Positions 12,376 to 24,365 of a stretch of 64,000 nt of DNA are shown piece by piece; the first letter of the stretch is position 1; every line of letters starts with the position of its first letter. This stretch comes from Lytechinus pictus (taxonomy: Eukaryota). Below the pieces are notes generated by a model. The model was given only the letters and a program-made list of their open reading frames with translations, was not told the origin of the DNA and did not search any database. Where the stretch lies: positions 37,016,001 through 37,080,000 of the forward strand of contig NC_087245.1 of assembly GCF_037042905.1 (NCBI RefSeq), in the 5' to 3' direction. The position numbers were made by a program, and so were the translations under genes.

Positions 12376-12627
12376 CCTAGCGCCCTTTGGCAAGACAACA
12401 GTCCGCAATTTGCCACTCTCTTCCCAGGCGTTAAATGGGTACCCGGTAGGATGCGAAAGCCTATGTAGCATGCATGGCAATTGAGTCTTGGAACTCTTGT
12501 TGGAATGCTCCCCAGGGAGTGGAGAAGGTGCATACATTGTGTACAGGCATGCCAGGATCCGATGACCAGGGTATTAATAATTATAATGTAAAGCGATTTG
12601 AAAGAAAGTGTAATAATAATTATTATC
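12376..12627 (+). mobile_element. 5'-truncated SINE
   Basis: Shares the core CCTTTGGCAAG...CCCAGG..AAATGGGTACCCGGTAGG with the other SINEs; TAA/TTA tail. Confidence 0.6.
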
Positions 12628-12842
12628 AAGCAGTCTACATGTAAGACTACCTATTGTCCTGCTATTATCCAATTTATTTTACTTCAAAGCAGGTTTTGCT
12701 AATCTATGAGAATAAGCAAAAAAGCCCAAGTTATAAACAACTTATTATAGGGACAAATTATTATTGTCTCGACCTTATTCCATACTTACTATAAATTTGG
12801 TCTATGCTTAATTACGAATGTTTTTCTTTCCTTATTCGTCAG

Positions 12843-12995
12843 GAGCTGACCCTAAGTCTGTATTGTGCGCCTTCTTCAAACAAGGATCGTGTTCCAAAGG
12901 GGATAAGTGTAAATTCTCCCATGACCTCAACATACAGCGTAAGGCAGAGAAGCGTAGTGTGTATTCGGATGTCAGAGATGATGAATTAGCAAATG
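12843..12995 (+). CDS. ZC3H15: ZC3H15 exon 4, first CCCH zinc finger ([29 protein letters not shown]...)
   Basis: C-x8-C-x5-C-x3-H finger; tcag| and G|gtaag boundaries; 153 nt, phase 1 to 1. Confidence 0.97.
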
Positions 12996-13466
12996 GTAAG
13001 TTTGCATCCTTTCTCACTGGTAGAAATTAAGTTTAAAGGAGAGGTACAAAAACCAAGATTTGAAAATATCCATTTTAATGAATAGAGAGGATAAAGGTAA
13101 ATAAGTTATAATTATATAAGATATATCATAATTAGTTACAAAAATAGAAAAGTATGACAGTTTGAAAAGCCTCTATTTACATTCTATGGCAATCCTCAAA
13201 TTGGCACAGTTACTTGAAAATGACAGGTTTAGTACTATATCTCTCATTATGTTTTGTACACCAAATTTCATATTTAGTCTGTTATCTCAAAAATTATGCT
13301 TTTCTTTTTGTGAAGTTAACATATGTCTTGTTAAAATACATTTTACCATGATATATCCTGAGCCAAATGCGGAAATGTGAAATTTGTTTAGAGAACTGAG
13401 TTCTACTAAACATGTCACTTTGATTCTCAGATTCTCATTTTTGTTTGTTCATTTTCTCATTCACAG

Positions 13467-13558
13467 ACACCATGGATAACTGGGACGAGGAAAAATTGAA
13501 AGAAGTCGTCAGTAAAAAACACGGAGATGCTAATGATGTGAAAAACAAAACTGAGATT
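13467..13558 (+). CDS. ZC3H15: ZC3H15 exon 5 ([31 protein letters not shown])
   Basis: cacag| and |gtaag boundaries; 92 nt, phase 1 to 0; conserved [11 protein letters not shown]...KKHG. Confidence 0.96.
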
Positions 13559-14243
13559 GTAAGTTACAGGATCTTTAAGATCTTCCGTACATCTTCGAAT
13601 CAAAATTGGGATAGCAAATTGAAAAAGGAAATCCCACATTGTAATTTTGTTTGTAATTTTCACTTGTATGGAAAAGAACAAAAATTTGTTACGATATCCT
13701 CTGTATATACTTACTGAATAATGGATAGCAATGTTGGCAGGTCTCATGAGAGCAGCAGTCATTTGGGAAGTGCTCATTCTTTTCATGAAGATGTGTTGGT
13801 TTTTTTTACTGACTCTACTTCAAATTCCTAATGGATCTCATCTGTTGTGATTTGATTGGGGGTCACAAAGTCAAATATCCTAGAGATATTGGCCTTGTGC
13901 ATTATATTTTATATCCAATTGATAAATCTGAATGAACCGTTTGGGAATGACAATCTGATTAAAGTTTATAAATGAAAATGGTAAAAAGTTAATTTTGCGA
14001 TGTATTTCATATTTAGCAATCACAAAGGCATTAGGTTTCTGTAGGTGGTTGCCAGTGGCATGTTTTCAGGTTGTCCATCTGTCCGTCCCATTCTCTTTCT
14101 CACAATAACCAATAGATGGATCAACTTCAAACTTGGTCCAATTGTGCATAAAGGAGTTACGATGATCTGATTAGTTTTGGGAGGTATCAGTGTCAGAGTG
14201 GTCATTTATTCTTTGTTTTCTTGATTTTATCTGTTACATGTAG

Positions 14244-14432
14244 GTTTGCAAGTTCTTCATCCAGGCATTGGAGAACATGAAGTACGGTTGGTTTTGGTCT
14301 TGCCCCAATGGTGGGAAATGTAAATACAGACACGCCCTTCCACCTGGGTTCGTTCTCAAGAAAGATAAGAAGAAGATGGATGAACAGGAGGAAGAGCAAA
14401 AGATATCCTTAGAAGAACTTATAGAGCAAGAG
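14244..14432 (+). CDS. ZC3H15: ZC3H15 exon 6, second CCCH finger ([41 protein letters not shown]...EQE)
   Basis: gtag| and |gtaaga boundaries; 189 nt; family motif KYGWFWxCP...[12 protein letters not shown]. Confidence 0.97.
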
Positions 14433-14593
14433 GTAAGAAACTACCAAGTAATGTGTTTATTTATCAATGCTATTTTGTAATTGAATAATTTTCCTAGAAG
14501 AGTTCAACACAGAGCACAAGTCTGTCGGCACAGACCCTGAGTGAAACTCTAATGAACAAATGGGTCTTGTGACAAGTCTAGCAGACAAGAGGG

Positions 14594-14616
14594 TATGATG
14601 ATGATGATGGTGGTGG

Positions 14617-14647
<31 letters not shown>

Positions 14648-14865
14648 GATTTTGGTGGTGGTGGTGATGATGATGATGTTGACAGTGATGATAGTGATGA
14701 TGGTGATGGTGATGATGATGATGATGATGATGTTGACAGTGATGATAGTGATGATGATGGTTGTGGTGGTGGTGGTGGTGATGATGATGATGATGTTGAC
14801 AGTGATGATGATGATGGTGATGGTGATAGTGGCGGTGGTAATGATGGTGGTGATGATGGTGACAG
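14594..14865. repeat. Compound (ATG/GTG)n microsatellite with higher-order TTGACAGTGATG units
   Basis: Seen directly; explains the poly-Met, poly-Ile and poly-Ser ORFs here. Confidence 0.95.
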
Positions 14866-15116
14866 TTGAGAAATGGAAAAGATCTCTGGGATTGCTCGGC
14901 ATCTTGGCTTCAAGCTGACAATATCCTTCAAAGAAATAATATAGGTTCTTAATTAGTCATTTGTATTAAGTTGCTTTTGAAGTAACTTTTATTGAGTTGA
15001 TATTTCTATATTATATACATGTATGTACCATAGATCAGCTATCATCATGGCATGCTAATATTTATACCTACTTTATTGACTCCTAATTGTTCTCCTCCAT
15101 TTTTGTTTTTCTTCAG

Positions 15117-15263
15117 AGGAATAAATTAACAGGGGAACTAACTAAGATCAACCTTCAAACCTTCATGCAATGGAAGAAAAGGAAAATAGCAGAAAAGAGG
15201 GAAAAGCTGGAGGCAGATCAAAACAAGAAACGAAATGAACTGAAGCAAGGCAAATCACTCGGG
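15117..15263 (+). CDS. ZC3H15: ZC3H15 exon 7, DFRP region (RNKLTGELTKINLQTFMQWKKRK...GKSLG)
   Basis: Long pyrimidine tract, ttcag| and |gtaagt boundaries; 147 nt; TxIxLxxFxxWKKRK motif. Confidence 0.95.
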
Positions 15264-15882
15264 GTAAGTAAAAGATGAATGAGAACACTCCTTACATCAC
15301 CTTTCAGGTATGATTTTACATGTTAGTCTGAATAAGCATCTTATTAGCATACCTGCAAAATGTCCATTCCACGTCTTTGATGAAAGGGGAGCTGCTTCTG
15401 TCACTGTCCCAAATTTTCTTGTGAAAATCTGTCAGTAATAACTTATTTGAAACCTTGCAAGGGTTCTATTTTCAGTCTCTGTCTTCTCATTGGCTCACTT
15501 TAATGCATTTCAGGGTTGGCTCATATTGGTTATTGACACAGAAATCTACATGTAGCAATGCACAGTAACATGTTATGTAAAATAGACTTATTTGAACTAC
15601 TTCCCTTTCAAAATGTTCTAATAACGAGTTTAAATATGGTTTCAATGATATTACTGAAGTACATGTATAGCCAATTAGCTGCACCATAAAATTGTATAGG
15701 TGTTCCAGGTGTAGGGAACTAATTATAAATTGATATCTTGCCTAGCGGGTCTAAATTACGTGAACAATATCAACTATGTAAACTTGATCTTTTCACTGAA
15801 ATAAGAAATTAATTGTGAAGAGGCATACACACGTCTTGGGTAAAGCATTTTCTTTATATTGTTTCCCATTACCCGGGAAATA

Positions 15883-16152
15883 ATGATAATATGCAACATT
15901 TATATAGCGCTTAATACAAATGTTTCTAAGCACTGCATACTATTACCCCGGCTTTAGCACGGCTACCCTGATCGGGCGCATCGAGCATTCAAGGAATTTC
16001 TTCCTACCGGGTACCCATTTACTACACCTGGGTCGAGAGTGACAAATATAGATAAACGCCTTGCCAAAGGACGCTAGTGCTGCGGTGTGATTTGAACCCC
16101 GGACCTTGTGGTTCACAGTCCGGAGACTTATCCACTGAGCCACAACACCTCT
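15883..16152 (-). mobile_element. tRNA-derived SINE
   Basis: Minus-strand head with A box TGGCTCAGTGG and B box GGTTCAAATC; conserved ACCCAGGT..AAATGGGTACC core; TATTAT tail. Confidence 0.8.
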
Positions 16153-16177
16153 ACATGTAATACATGAAATACATGTA

Positions 16178-16422
16178 CACCCGTCTTACAGAGAGTTGCG
16201 ATTGATCTGATCAATCGCAACTATGGAAAGCCAGTAAAGTCAACATATAAAATGCCTATTTGTTCAAAAAATTCTAGATGTGATGTATATTCATAAATTC
16301 ATTGATTTCTTCACAATTTGGTATGATTTTCTTTGTTTACAAAGATAAAGTTATGTCACTGATGGATTTCCATAGAGTTACGATTGATTGCATCAATCGT
16401 AACTCTTTGTAAGATGGGGCCT
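16178..16422. mobile_element. MITE (CCCGTCTTACA...TGTAAGAYGGGGCC family); inverted copy at 20309-20580
   Basis: Long TIRs; two homologous copies in opposite orientation. Confidence 0.75.
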
Positions 16423-17518
16423 GTATTAAATAGTATTGGACTTTGAACAGCCACATGTATGTCAGCAAAATGTAGGGATAGTGATTGTCTGATTACTGGT
16501 ACATCAAAATGGAAAATCTGTTTTGATTCTTTGAATTTATGAATTATTTATGTTTTTTTTGTGGTTTTTTTGCTGTGTACATTTTCTATGCCGAAACAGA
16601 ATAACCATTTTAGATCAAGTTTGAAACAGAATTACAGATTTTCAGAAATGGAAAAAGGACCATCTTTTGAAATGTAAATGACTTTCCCTAAAAATGCTCC
16701 AAAGGGAGTAGAGAATGTGTAAGGATCTGTATGTGAAGCACAAGAGCACATGTATACAAACAGACATATTTGTCAGAGCTGTTATTTACTTTTATCTCAA
16801 CGAAAGATTATTGTCACAGTTGGATACCATTCTGATATATATCACCCAGAGTTAAACAAGATTTATGACCCCCGAACGTTATGTAATGCCAGTGGAAATG
16901 GTTTATTTCCAGTTCGTTTAATGCCAATTCTCCTATTGACAACTCGTCTACCATCAGTTCGTCCACTATCCACATGGTCTTATTGCCAATTCATCCACTC
17001 ACCATCTCGTCTAATAACCAGTTGGCCCAATAGCCATTTAGTCTCTATACCACTTGGTCTAGTTGGACTAAGTGTTAACTGTACAAAATGAAAATGAAAT
17101 GTATTTTAAACCATTTGGTTATGAGACGAAATGGTCATAGACGAAATGGTGATTAGACAAAGTGATGATTGGACCAAATGGTTGTTAGACGAAATGTTGC
17201 ACGGAATGGCAGTAGACTAAATCACTTTAGACCATGTGGTGAGTGGACGACTTGGCAGTGGGTGAATTGGCAATTTACCGTGGAAATTGCCATATGGTAA
17301 AGTCATTATCTCTTTTTCCCCGGCCTGACAGCTGCCGAGGCCAAGCAGGCTTGGCCGAAGGATTTTTTCGCTGGTACACCAAGTTTGCTTTCCCCAATAG
17401 ATGCCTCTGTTAAAGGCATTACCACTGGTTTTCACGAAGTCTGGGGGTCAGCAAATGATAATTCACCCCCATCAAAGCCGACACCCATCTGACTTTAACT
17501 TACCTTGTAATTTGACAG

Positions 17519-17620
17519 GTTACAGGACGTGAGCTCTTCCAGTTTAAGCCCGAGATGGTCGGAGAAGACGAGGATGAAGGAGACGTATTCTCTTACAAAC
17601 GAGAAACGGAAGAAGAGGAG
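17519..17620 (+). CDS. ZC3H15: ZC3H15 exon 8 (VTGRELFQFKPEMVGEDEDEGDVFSYKRETEEEE)
   Basis: gacag| and |gtaaaa boundaries; 102 nt; GRExFxFxPE motif. Confidence 0.93.
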
Positions 17621-18165
17621 GTAAAATTGTCTTTCTTTCAACCAACATTTAATAAATGATCAGGGGGCCCTTAACACAAAGCTCAGCTATGATTGTAGAA
17701 CAATTTTCTATGATTGATTGCATTGACTACAATGCGCAATTAATCATGATAATCAAGCGTACGATTAATCGCTAACCTTAGTGTTACGGGATCCTGTATT
17801 CATTCATACCTTATGTTATTGGATGATATAGAATTATAAAAATCATTATAATAATAATTCAAGTTAATATAAAGCGCATATATTAAAATTGGTCAACTTA
17901 TGCAATACAAAAATTGAATAATAGAAATTTAATTAATTGATTGACAAGAAATTTTACAGAAACAGTACTCCCTTTTTTGCACAAAGCCACACTATACACA
18001 ATACCAATGAATCTGTTATCATTTTCAGGCTGAGAATGAAGTTTGATTACCTTTAAACATTCTCCCTTGATTAAAATGTTATGTTCTATTCATAAATTTT
18101 GTCTTGGTGAATATTGTATTGTTATTTTGGGAAAATAAGAGAGGTTTCTTTCAATCATTGCACAG

Positions 18166-18295
18166 GAGACGGGTAATGTACAGGACGTCAGTATAGAGGC
18201 GTTTGCTGCTTTAGCCATGGAGGTTGATTCGTCTTCAGCCATCACCAGTAGACCTGACGCACCGCAACCTACTACCAATGGACATGATGATGATG
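18166..18295 (+). CDS. ZC3H15: ZC3H15 exon 9 (ETGNVQDVSIEAFAALAMEVDSSSAITSRPDAPQPTTNGHDDD-D)
   Basis: cacag| and G|gtaagt boundaries; 130 nt; phase fits both neighbouring exons. Confidence 0.85.
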
Positions 18296-19611
18296 GTAAG
18301 TCCTCGCCAAATGGTGTTTTTTTAGTTTGGTGCTGGTGTTGGTGTAGGTGTTTGTGTGTTGAATTGGTGTTAAGTGTTTATCTGATGCACCTCAACTCAC
18401 TACCTATGGTCAGGCTGCTTGTAAGTCCACACCAAATGTTTTTTTCTAGTTTGTTGCTGGTTTAAGTGTTGAATGATAAACTTGTGCACCTCAACCCACT
18501 ACCAGTAGATAGGAGGATGGTCTGGTTCTGGTGTAAGTGTTGGCATTTAGGGTGTTGTGTTTCATGTGAAAATATGCACCTCAACCTACTTTCCTTTCAA
18601 TGGACAGGTTAAAAGTTAGTCTTCACCGATTGGTGGTTTCAGTTTGTGATGCTGGTGTTGATGCTGGTATTGGTGTGAAGAGAGTTGGAATAGATGTTAA
18701 GATTATTGGTGTTTAGTGATTAGCTGATGTATTTCCACCTACTACCAATTTACAGGATTTTGGGAAGTCCTCACAACTTAATAGTGGTTATCAAGATTGT
18801 TGCTTGTGTATGTGCTTAGGATGTTGGTGTTGAGTGTTAAACTGATTCACAAGTTTGGTGTTTGCGTTGGTGTTTAGTGTTTGAATCAGACTGAGTCTGT
18901 TGAATGTAGCTCTAACACCATTTGTTGTATTACAACAGCACCAATCTTGTTGAAAGCTCACTCACTTTATGTGCCTTATTTCAGTTGCCCTGAACACATT
19001 TCAGTTTCTGTGTTATGCCTGCTATTAATACCAAACTTGTGTTTTCAACACCGAAATTGACATCACCTTCTTCGATTGTCTGTTTCATTATACCCTTGAA
19101 GCCTTGGTAGTGCGGTTCACCTGTTCAAATTCCTCTGGAACATATCTGCCTGATTGAAATTAAGATATCAAAATAGGTGGATGATTGAAGCATTTGTGAT
19201 ATCAATACTAGGCCATTTCAGATTTATGTGTGTAGGTCACATTGTCATATCGTTTAGTCGCCAAGGTCCAACGTGTTTCAGGTTGTTACCCTCAATATCA
19301 GCGAGTGAAACTGACTCCAGACCGACAAAAGCCAATGACATACCATCGGTCGGTTTGGAGTTGGTTTTGTTGGTATAACTGTGGCATTATCAGGGATGTA
19401 GTTGAGGCAAGTAGTTCCAAAATACGAGGCTGCTGGAGAAATTTTCTCCTATAGACTTTGTGCATGTGACTCGGGCCGAGGCCAAAACCGGCAACTTGTG
19501 GCCTCAAAGCCGGCCTTGACTACATCCTTTCAGGAAGAATCAGTAATGTTAGTGATTGGCCATGTGTGCCTACTGCTATTCAATATTTATCAAGTCTGTC
19601 TTTTTTCACAG

Positions 19612-19793
19612 ATGAATCGGGTAAACTTGATCAAGCCGCTGCCATAGTCCCCGATGAGGAACCTACGTTAGGGGCCATCGCAGCAGCAGAGGGAGCCCTA
19701 GCGAACGGCGGTGATATTGACATTGACGAAGACCTGTTTGGTGCCGAAGCCGACATCGAAAATGAATTAGATCAAATTGACCTCGACGATTAA
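19612..19793 (+). CDS. ZC3H15: ZC3H15 exon 10, acidic C-terminus (...DIDIDEDLFGAEADIENELDQIDLDD*)
   Basis: tttcacag| phase-1 acceptor; IDEDLF...LD end typical of the family; TAA at 19791-19793. Spliced CDS is 1284 nt = 427 aa. Confidence 0.92.
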
Positions 19794-19822
19794 AAGTTGG
19801 TGAATTTTAATTCCGTGAAACA

Positions 19823-20257
19823 ATGCCTTCTGGATATCATGAAACCAAGTGTAATGAAGATTTCAGCATCAGGGTTAGTTGCGGGTGTGAGAGAGAGAGA
19901 ACATGGATTCGTCCTGCCTTGCTGTATCCTGTCAAGAAGTCATCATTGATCCTTGTCTTGGACACCTATACACTACAGTCTTTGGAGCAAGATCTTCAGA
20001 GACATGAAGACATCGAAAAGCGAGCTTTAGTCCTAAGCAGACAAGAACTTAACTTTCAAAGTTTCTTCAAGAAGCCCAATCCTACAGTAGGTCTGACCCC
20101 TTGGAGCTTCCTCAATAAGCGTACAGACCTCTTCTGTCAAGGTCTTGTTTACTCAAAGACCTGCAATCAATCAAATGAAAATAACATTTTGAACACTGAT
20201 CCTGCTTGGTGGAACATTGGTGAATTGAACAATATGTGCATCCAACTGTGTATCTGA
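19823..20257 (+). CDS. Uncharacterised 144-aa ORF immediately downstream of the ZC3H15 stop (candidate dORF)
   Basis: ATG with A at -3; 144 open codons in non-repetitive sequence; many C/G-ending codons. No homology recognised. Confidence 0.3.
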   Translation: MPSGYHETKCNEDFSIRVSCGCERERTWIRPALLYPVKKSSLILVLDTYTLQSLEQDLQRHEDIEKRALVLSRQELNFQSFFKKPNPTVGLTPWSFLNKRTDLFCQGLVYSKTCNQSNENNILNTDPAWWNIGELNNMCIQLCI

Positions 20258-20852
20258 TGTGCCATTGCAAGTTTCGTGATTGATACAGATTTCAATGTTA
20301 TGGAGCCCAGGGCCCCGTCTTACAAAGAGTTAAAATTGATCCAATCAATCGTAACTCGATGGAAATCCATCAGTGTCATCATTTTTTCTACTGGAAATGT
20401 GCAAATGTCCTTTGTAAACAAAGGAGAACACACCGAACTGTCAAGAAATCAATGAATTTATGGATATACATTCATATCTAGAAAAAAATTTGAGCAAACA
20501 TGCATTTTACATGTTGACTTTGCTGGCTTTCCATAGTTGCGATTGATCAGATCAATCGCAAGTCTTTGTAAGACAGGTCTCAGAGGCCCAGAACTGCACT
20601 CAACCGACAAAGCTCACCCCAACTCATCATCACAATCCGGTATTATGGATGATTGACTGACGATGGAATGCAAAAGAATGTGGCTTCAGTGACATGTGGT
20701 CTTTGTTTTAAATGTATACAGGTTGTCCTTTATTCATGTGACATTTTGTCCCCATTTTAATACAAAAAGGACCTTGTGGTGTTTGACAAAGAGGTTAGTA
20801 TGACTTGAAATCACACAGAACTAATCCAGCCCTGGTCATATTGTGTTGTGTT

Positions 20853-21419
20853 TGAAAGGAGAAAAATAAATAAAACAGAATGGTGAAAGTTTGAAAGAAA
20901 TCGGACAAGCAATAAGAAAGTTATGGCTGTTTTAAAATTGAGATCTCTAAGACTATGTAGATTTCAAATTGGCAACTGGGTAAGTAAATTATGACAAGAG
21001 GCAAGGACAACTTTCCCATAGGCCATGTACTTTATTATTAGTGATTTGTGGTTTTCTCCCAAGTACCCATTCCTCTGGGGCTGTAATCTAAATATAGCCT
21101 AGGTAGTATATTGTTTTATGTCCTCATTAAAGAAAAATATAATTTGAAGTATTGATTTGAAAAAAAAAAATGAAATTTTAATCATTTTATGTATTGGGGT
21201 ACATGGAAGAGTAGTCCTTGCCTTACATCACTATGACATCCCATATGCGGCCAATTTGAAATCTCCATAGGTATAGTGATTACCAATATTCACAAATTTT
21301 AAAAATTCATAACTTTCTTATTGTTTGTCCGATATTGTTCAAACTTTCACCTATCAACTTGTCTGATTTTCTTTTTTCCTCTAAAAGCACGTTTTTATTT
21401 GGGTTGGATTCCCCTTTAA
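20853..21419. mobile_element. TTAA-flanked Kolobok/T2-like non-autonomous element (degraded left end)
   Basis: Right end GGATTCCCCTTTAA; long subterminal inverted arms (GAAAGTTTGA..ATCGGACAA..AAGAAAGTTATG). Confidence 0.6.
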
Positions 21420-21951
21420 GTTTGATGTTAGTGACTTATAAATCTTTGTGAAACACCACCCTCGTGTTCAATAGCTTATCCTTCCATAAATAGGATCAAA
21501 TTAAATAACTGGTGTAAAAAAAGAGTAAAAATCATCACACATTGTTGGTGTATATCATTTACCACAAGAAAGGATCACCAGCTTTATGAAATACCCACCT
21601 GATATAAACATGACGCAAAATCACCACTTTCATAAAAAGTTTAAAATATCTACATTTTCATGATTTTGTTCTAGATTTCTGACTTAGAATTTTTGGATAA
21701 TAAAGATATTGACTGGCTCTACTTTCATGGAACATCAAATCGCAAAATTGCAATCGTCAATCAAAATCATCCCAAATATATGAAGCTTTAATGAGATATA
21801 TACATATAGATTTCACCCAGATTTATAAGCAGTTTGGAGGGATATTTATTTTTATTATCTTTAATATCTTGCATTGAAATCAGAAAAATATAAAAATCCT
21901 GTTATGACAATGAATGCATAATTATGAATGAAATAAAGACAAGTTAACAGA

Positions 21952-22629
21952 TTAAAGGTCAAGTCCACCCCAGAAAATTGTTGATTTGAGTCGATAGAGA
22001 AAAACCAAACAAACATATGCTGCAAATTTCATTGAAATCGGATGTAAAATAAGAAAGTCATGGTTTTGCTTATATTTTACAAAACAGTTACAAAACAAAC
22101 ATATGCTGCAAATTTCATTGAAATCGGATGTAAAATAAGAAAGTCATGGTTTTGCTTATATTTTACAAAACAGTTAAATGCACAACTCAGCAATATGCAA
22201 ATGAGAGAGTCAATGATGTCCATCACTCACTATTTATTTTGTTTTTTATTATTTGAATTATACAATATTTCAATTTTTACAGATTTGACAAGAAAGGACG
22301 AACTTAACTAACCATAAACTGTTAAAATAATGGTAATTCTACATGTTTCAGGGAGAAATAAAACTTTGTTTCACTTGACGAGGAGAAAATTAGAATATTT
22401 CATATAATAAAATACAAAAGAAATAGTGAGTGGGTGACGTCATCAGTCTGCCAATTTGCATACCGACCAGGATGTGCATATAACTGTTTTGTGAAATTAA
22501 GCGAAACTTTGAAATGTCATAACTTTCTTATTTTACATCCAATTTTGATGAAATTTTCAGTGTTTTGCTTGTTGGATTTTTCTCCTTTTTTTCAAATCAA
22601 CTTTTTGTTGGGGTGGACTTGTCCTTTAA
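21952..22629. mobile_element. TTAA-flanked Kolobok/T2-like MITE with an internal 86-bp tandem duplication
   Basis: TTAAAGGTCAAGTCCACC ... GGTGGACTTGTCCTTTAA; family copies at 61120-61730 and 63533-64000; duplicated segment ~22007-22176. Confidence 0.85.
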
Positions 22630-24054
22630 AACAACCATGGGGATTGGCATATAGAGCCTACCTCACCAGTCCATTGATGATATACTAATATTGTAAAGGT
22701 TTACATGGCATTGCAGTGCCATGAAGCATTAATTGATATATTTATAAAAATTGGTAAGCTTCTTTCGTGTGGTTGTCTCAAATCATGTGTGTCCTCCAAG
22801 GAAAAAACTCTTCATCCCTCGGCGCCATTCTATCATCGAGAATACATCACCCAAAATTCACAAATATTGTTTTGAAACCATTGTTTATACAGGTTTCATG
22901 CATGGATGCCTAATTGAGCCTTTGTCATTGCTAACAAAAAGTGGGTATGTTGTTGACATGAAATATGCAATAACAATGGTTTCAAAACCCCCTTTGTGAG
23001 CCTGGGCCTATGTGTTCCCAATGGTGGAAAGCATATGAGTGTATGAGTGATGAAGTATTGTCAAAGTATGGTTTTTAAAATGATATTTCCCAAGTAAATT
23101 GAATGTTGGTTAAGTTGTACATGCAATATATTATCACCATCGGACACCCTTAATTTCATACTCACTTCTACGAGAACAAATATTTTAACCATCACACACC
23201 ATTAAGGGATGGGAAATTATGGACTTAGTGTATGAAATTTGGCCAACTGCTTGTGTGTAATGTCAGAAAGTCATAAATTTGAAGTTTCATTATTCATTAC
23301 TCTTATTCTTTAATGGATTTTGTGAAACCTTCACCAGTATTTTTCTCTATTTCTTTGTTTATACTAAAGCAAACTTTATCATCTTGGTTTACTTCACCTC
23401 TTAAAAGTTTTAGTCATGATCAGTTGATCAAGACGTAATATGATTATACCATAGCTTGGCCATCTTAATGAAGTAAAGACGATCAAAGAATTTTGTGTCA
23501 AAAATGTACGAGCATGATGACTGCATCCACTGGAGTATAAAGAGGGGGTGTGAGGGGCACTGCACACTACCCCCCTTCCCCTCCCCCCCCCCAAAAAAAA
23601 AAATATTTATATAAAATAAATAATAATTTCCATGACCAAGAAAGAAAAGAGGGAGGGTGAAATACGACTCAAAATCTATCCAATCTTAGATTTTCATTTA
23701 GATTTTCATTTTGAAAGGTCAACATTTTTGCTCACTCGCTTCATGTGCTTGTGACTTTAGAAATTTGCTTCATATGGCATGTTGTTCCCCCTCAAAGTTT
23801 TTTGCTCATTTTGTCACTGACTCTAACACCATTATGCAGAGTGTATTTTTACTGCTTTTCTGAATTATTCTTCTGTTTTTTTTTAGTATTCCCCACATTA
23901 AAGTACAACTTAGCATGGGAATCATCCATCCCTTTGAGAGTGAAAACACGTCTCTGCTGAAGGAATAGTGCTGTTTTCATGTGAAATAATTGTGAGAAAT
24001 GATAATCACCAGTCTTCCTGTTTTCATTATCTTGATCTCCTGATAGATATAGAG

Positions 24055-24365
24055 ACCTGTATTCTGAACTCATGGGTTTAATTTAAACTCTAGACTAAAC
24101 TTGTGGTTTAACTATGGATAGCCAATTGTGAGGGGTATATCTAACAATACAAGTTCACTTTGTCAGCTTATTTGACACATAAATCATTCATAACTGACTG
24201 GGAGTTATTACTGACATAGCTCTCTTCATCATTCAAATCTGAGGAAAGAGTGAAGATGGTAAAGATTGGAAACATACAATTTAAATTCAATTTAAAAGTG
24301 TTGGATTCCCATAGTTTTAACAGAGTTAAACAAACCATGGCCTAAATTAAACTTGACTGCAGTTT
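24055..24365. mobile_element. Degraded MITE of the GGCCCGTATTCTGAA family
   Basis: Homologous to 53993-54688 and ~39910-40189. Confidence 0.6.

Noticed and set aside
14549..14931. Poly-Met, poly-Ile and poly-Ser ORFs (also 1997-2334)
   Set aside because: Translations of ATG/GTG microsatellites inside introns.
19309..19367. Intronic hairpin as a pre-miRNA
   Set aside because: It resembles a tiny TIR element (ACTCCAGACCGAC / GTCGGTTTGGAGT), and I recognise no mature miRNA in it; small-RNA data would be needed.
19794..19949. Stop-codon readthrough extension of ZC3H15 (about 50 open codons in frame)
   Set aside because: The TAA-A context is not leaky, the protein already ends in the family-typical acidic tail, and the extension has no recognisable feature.
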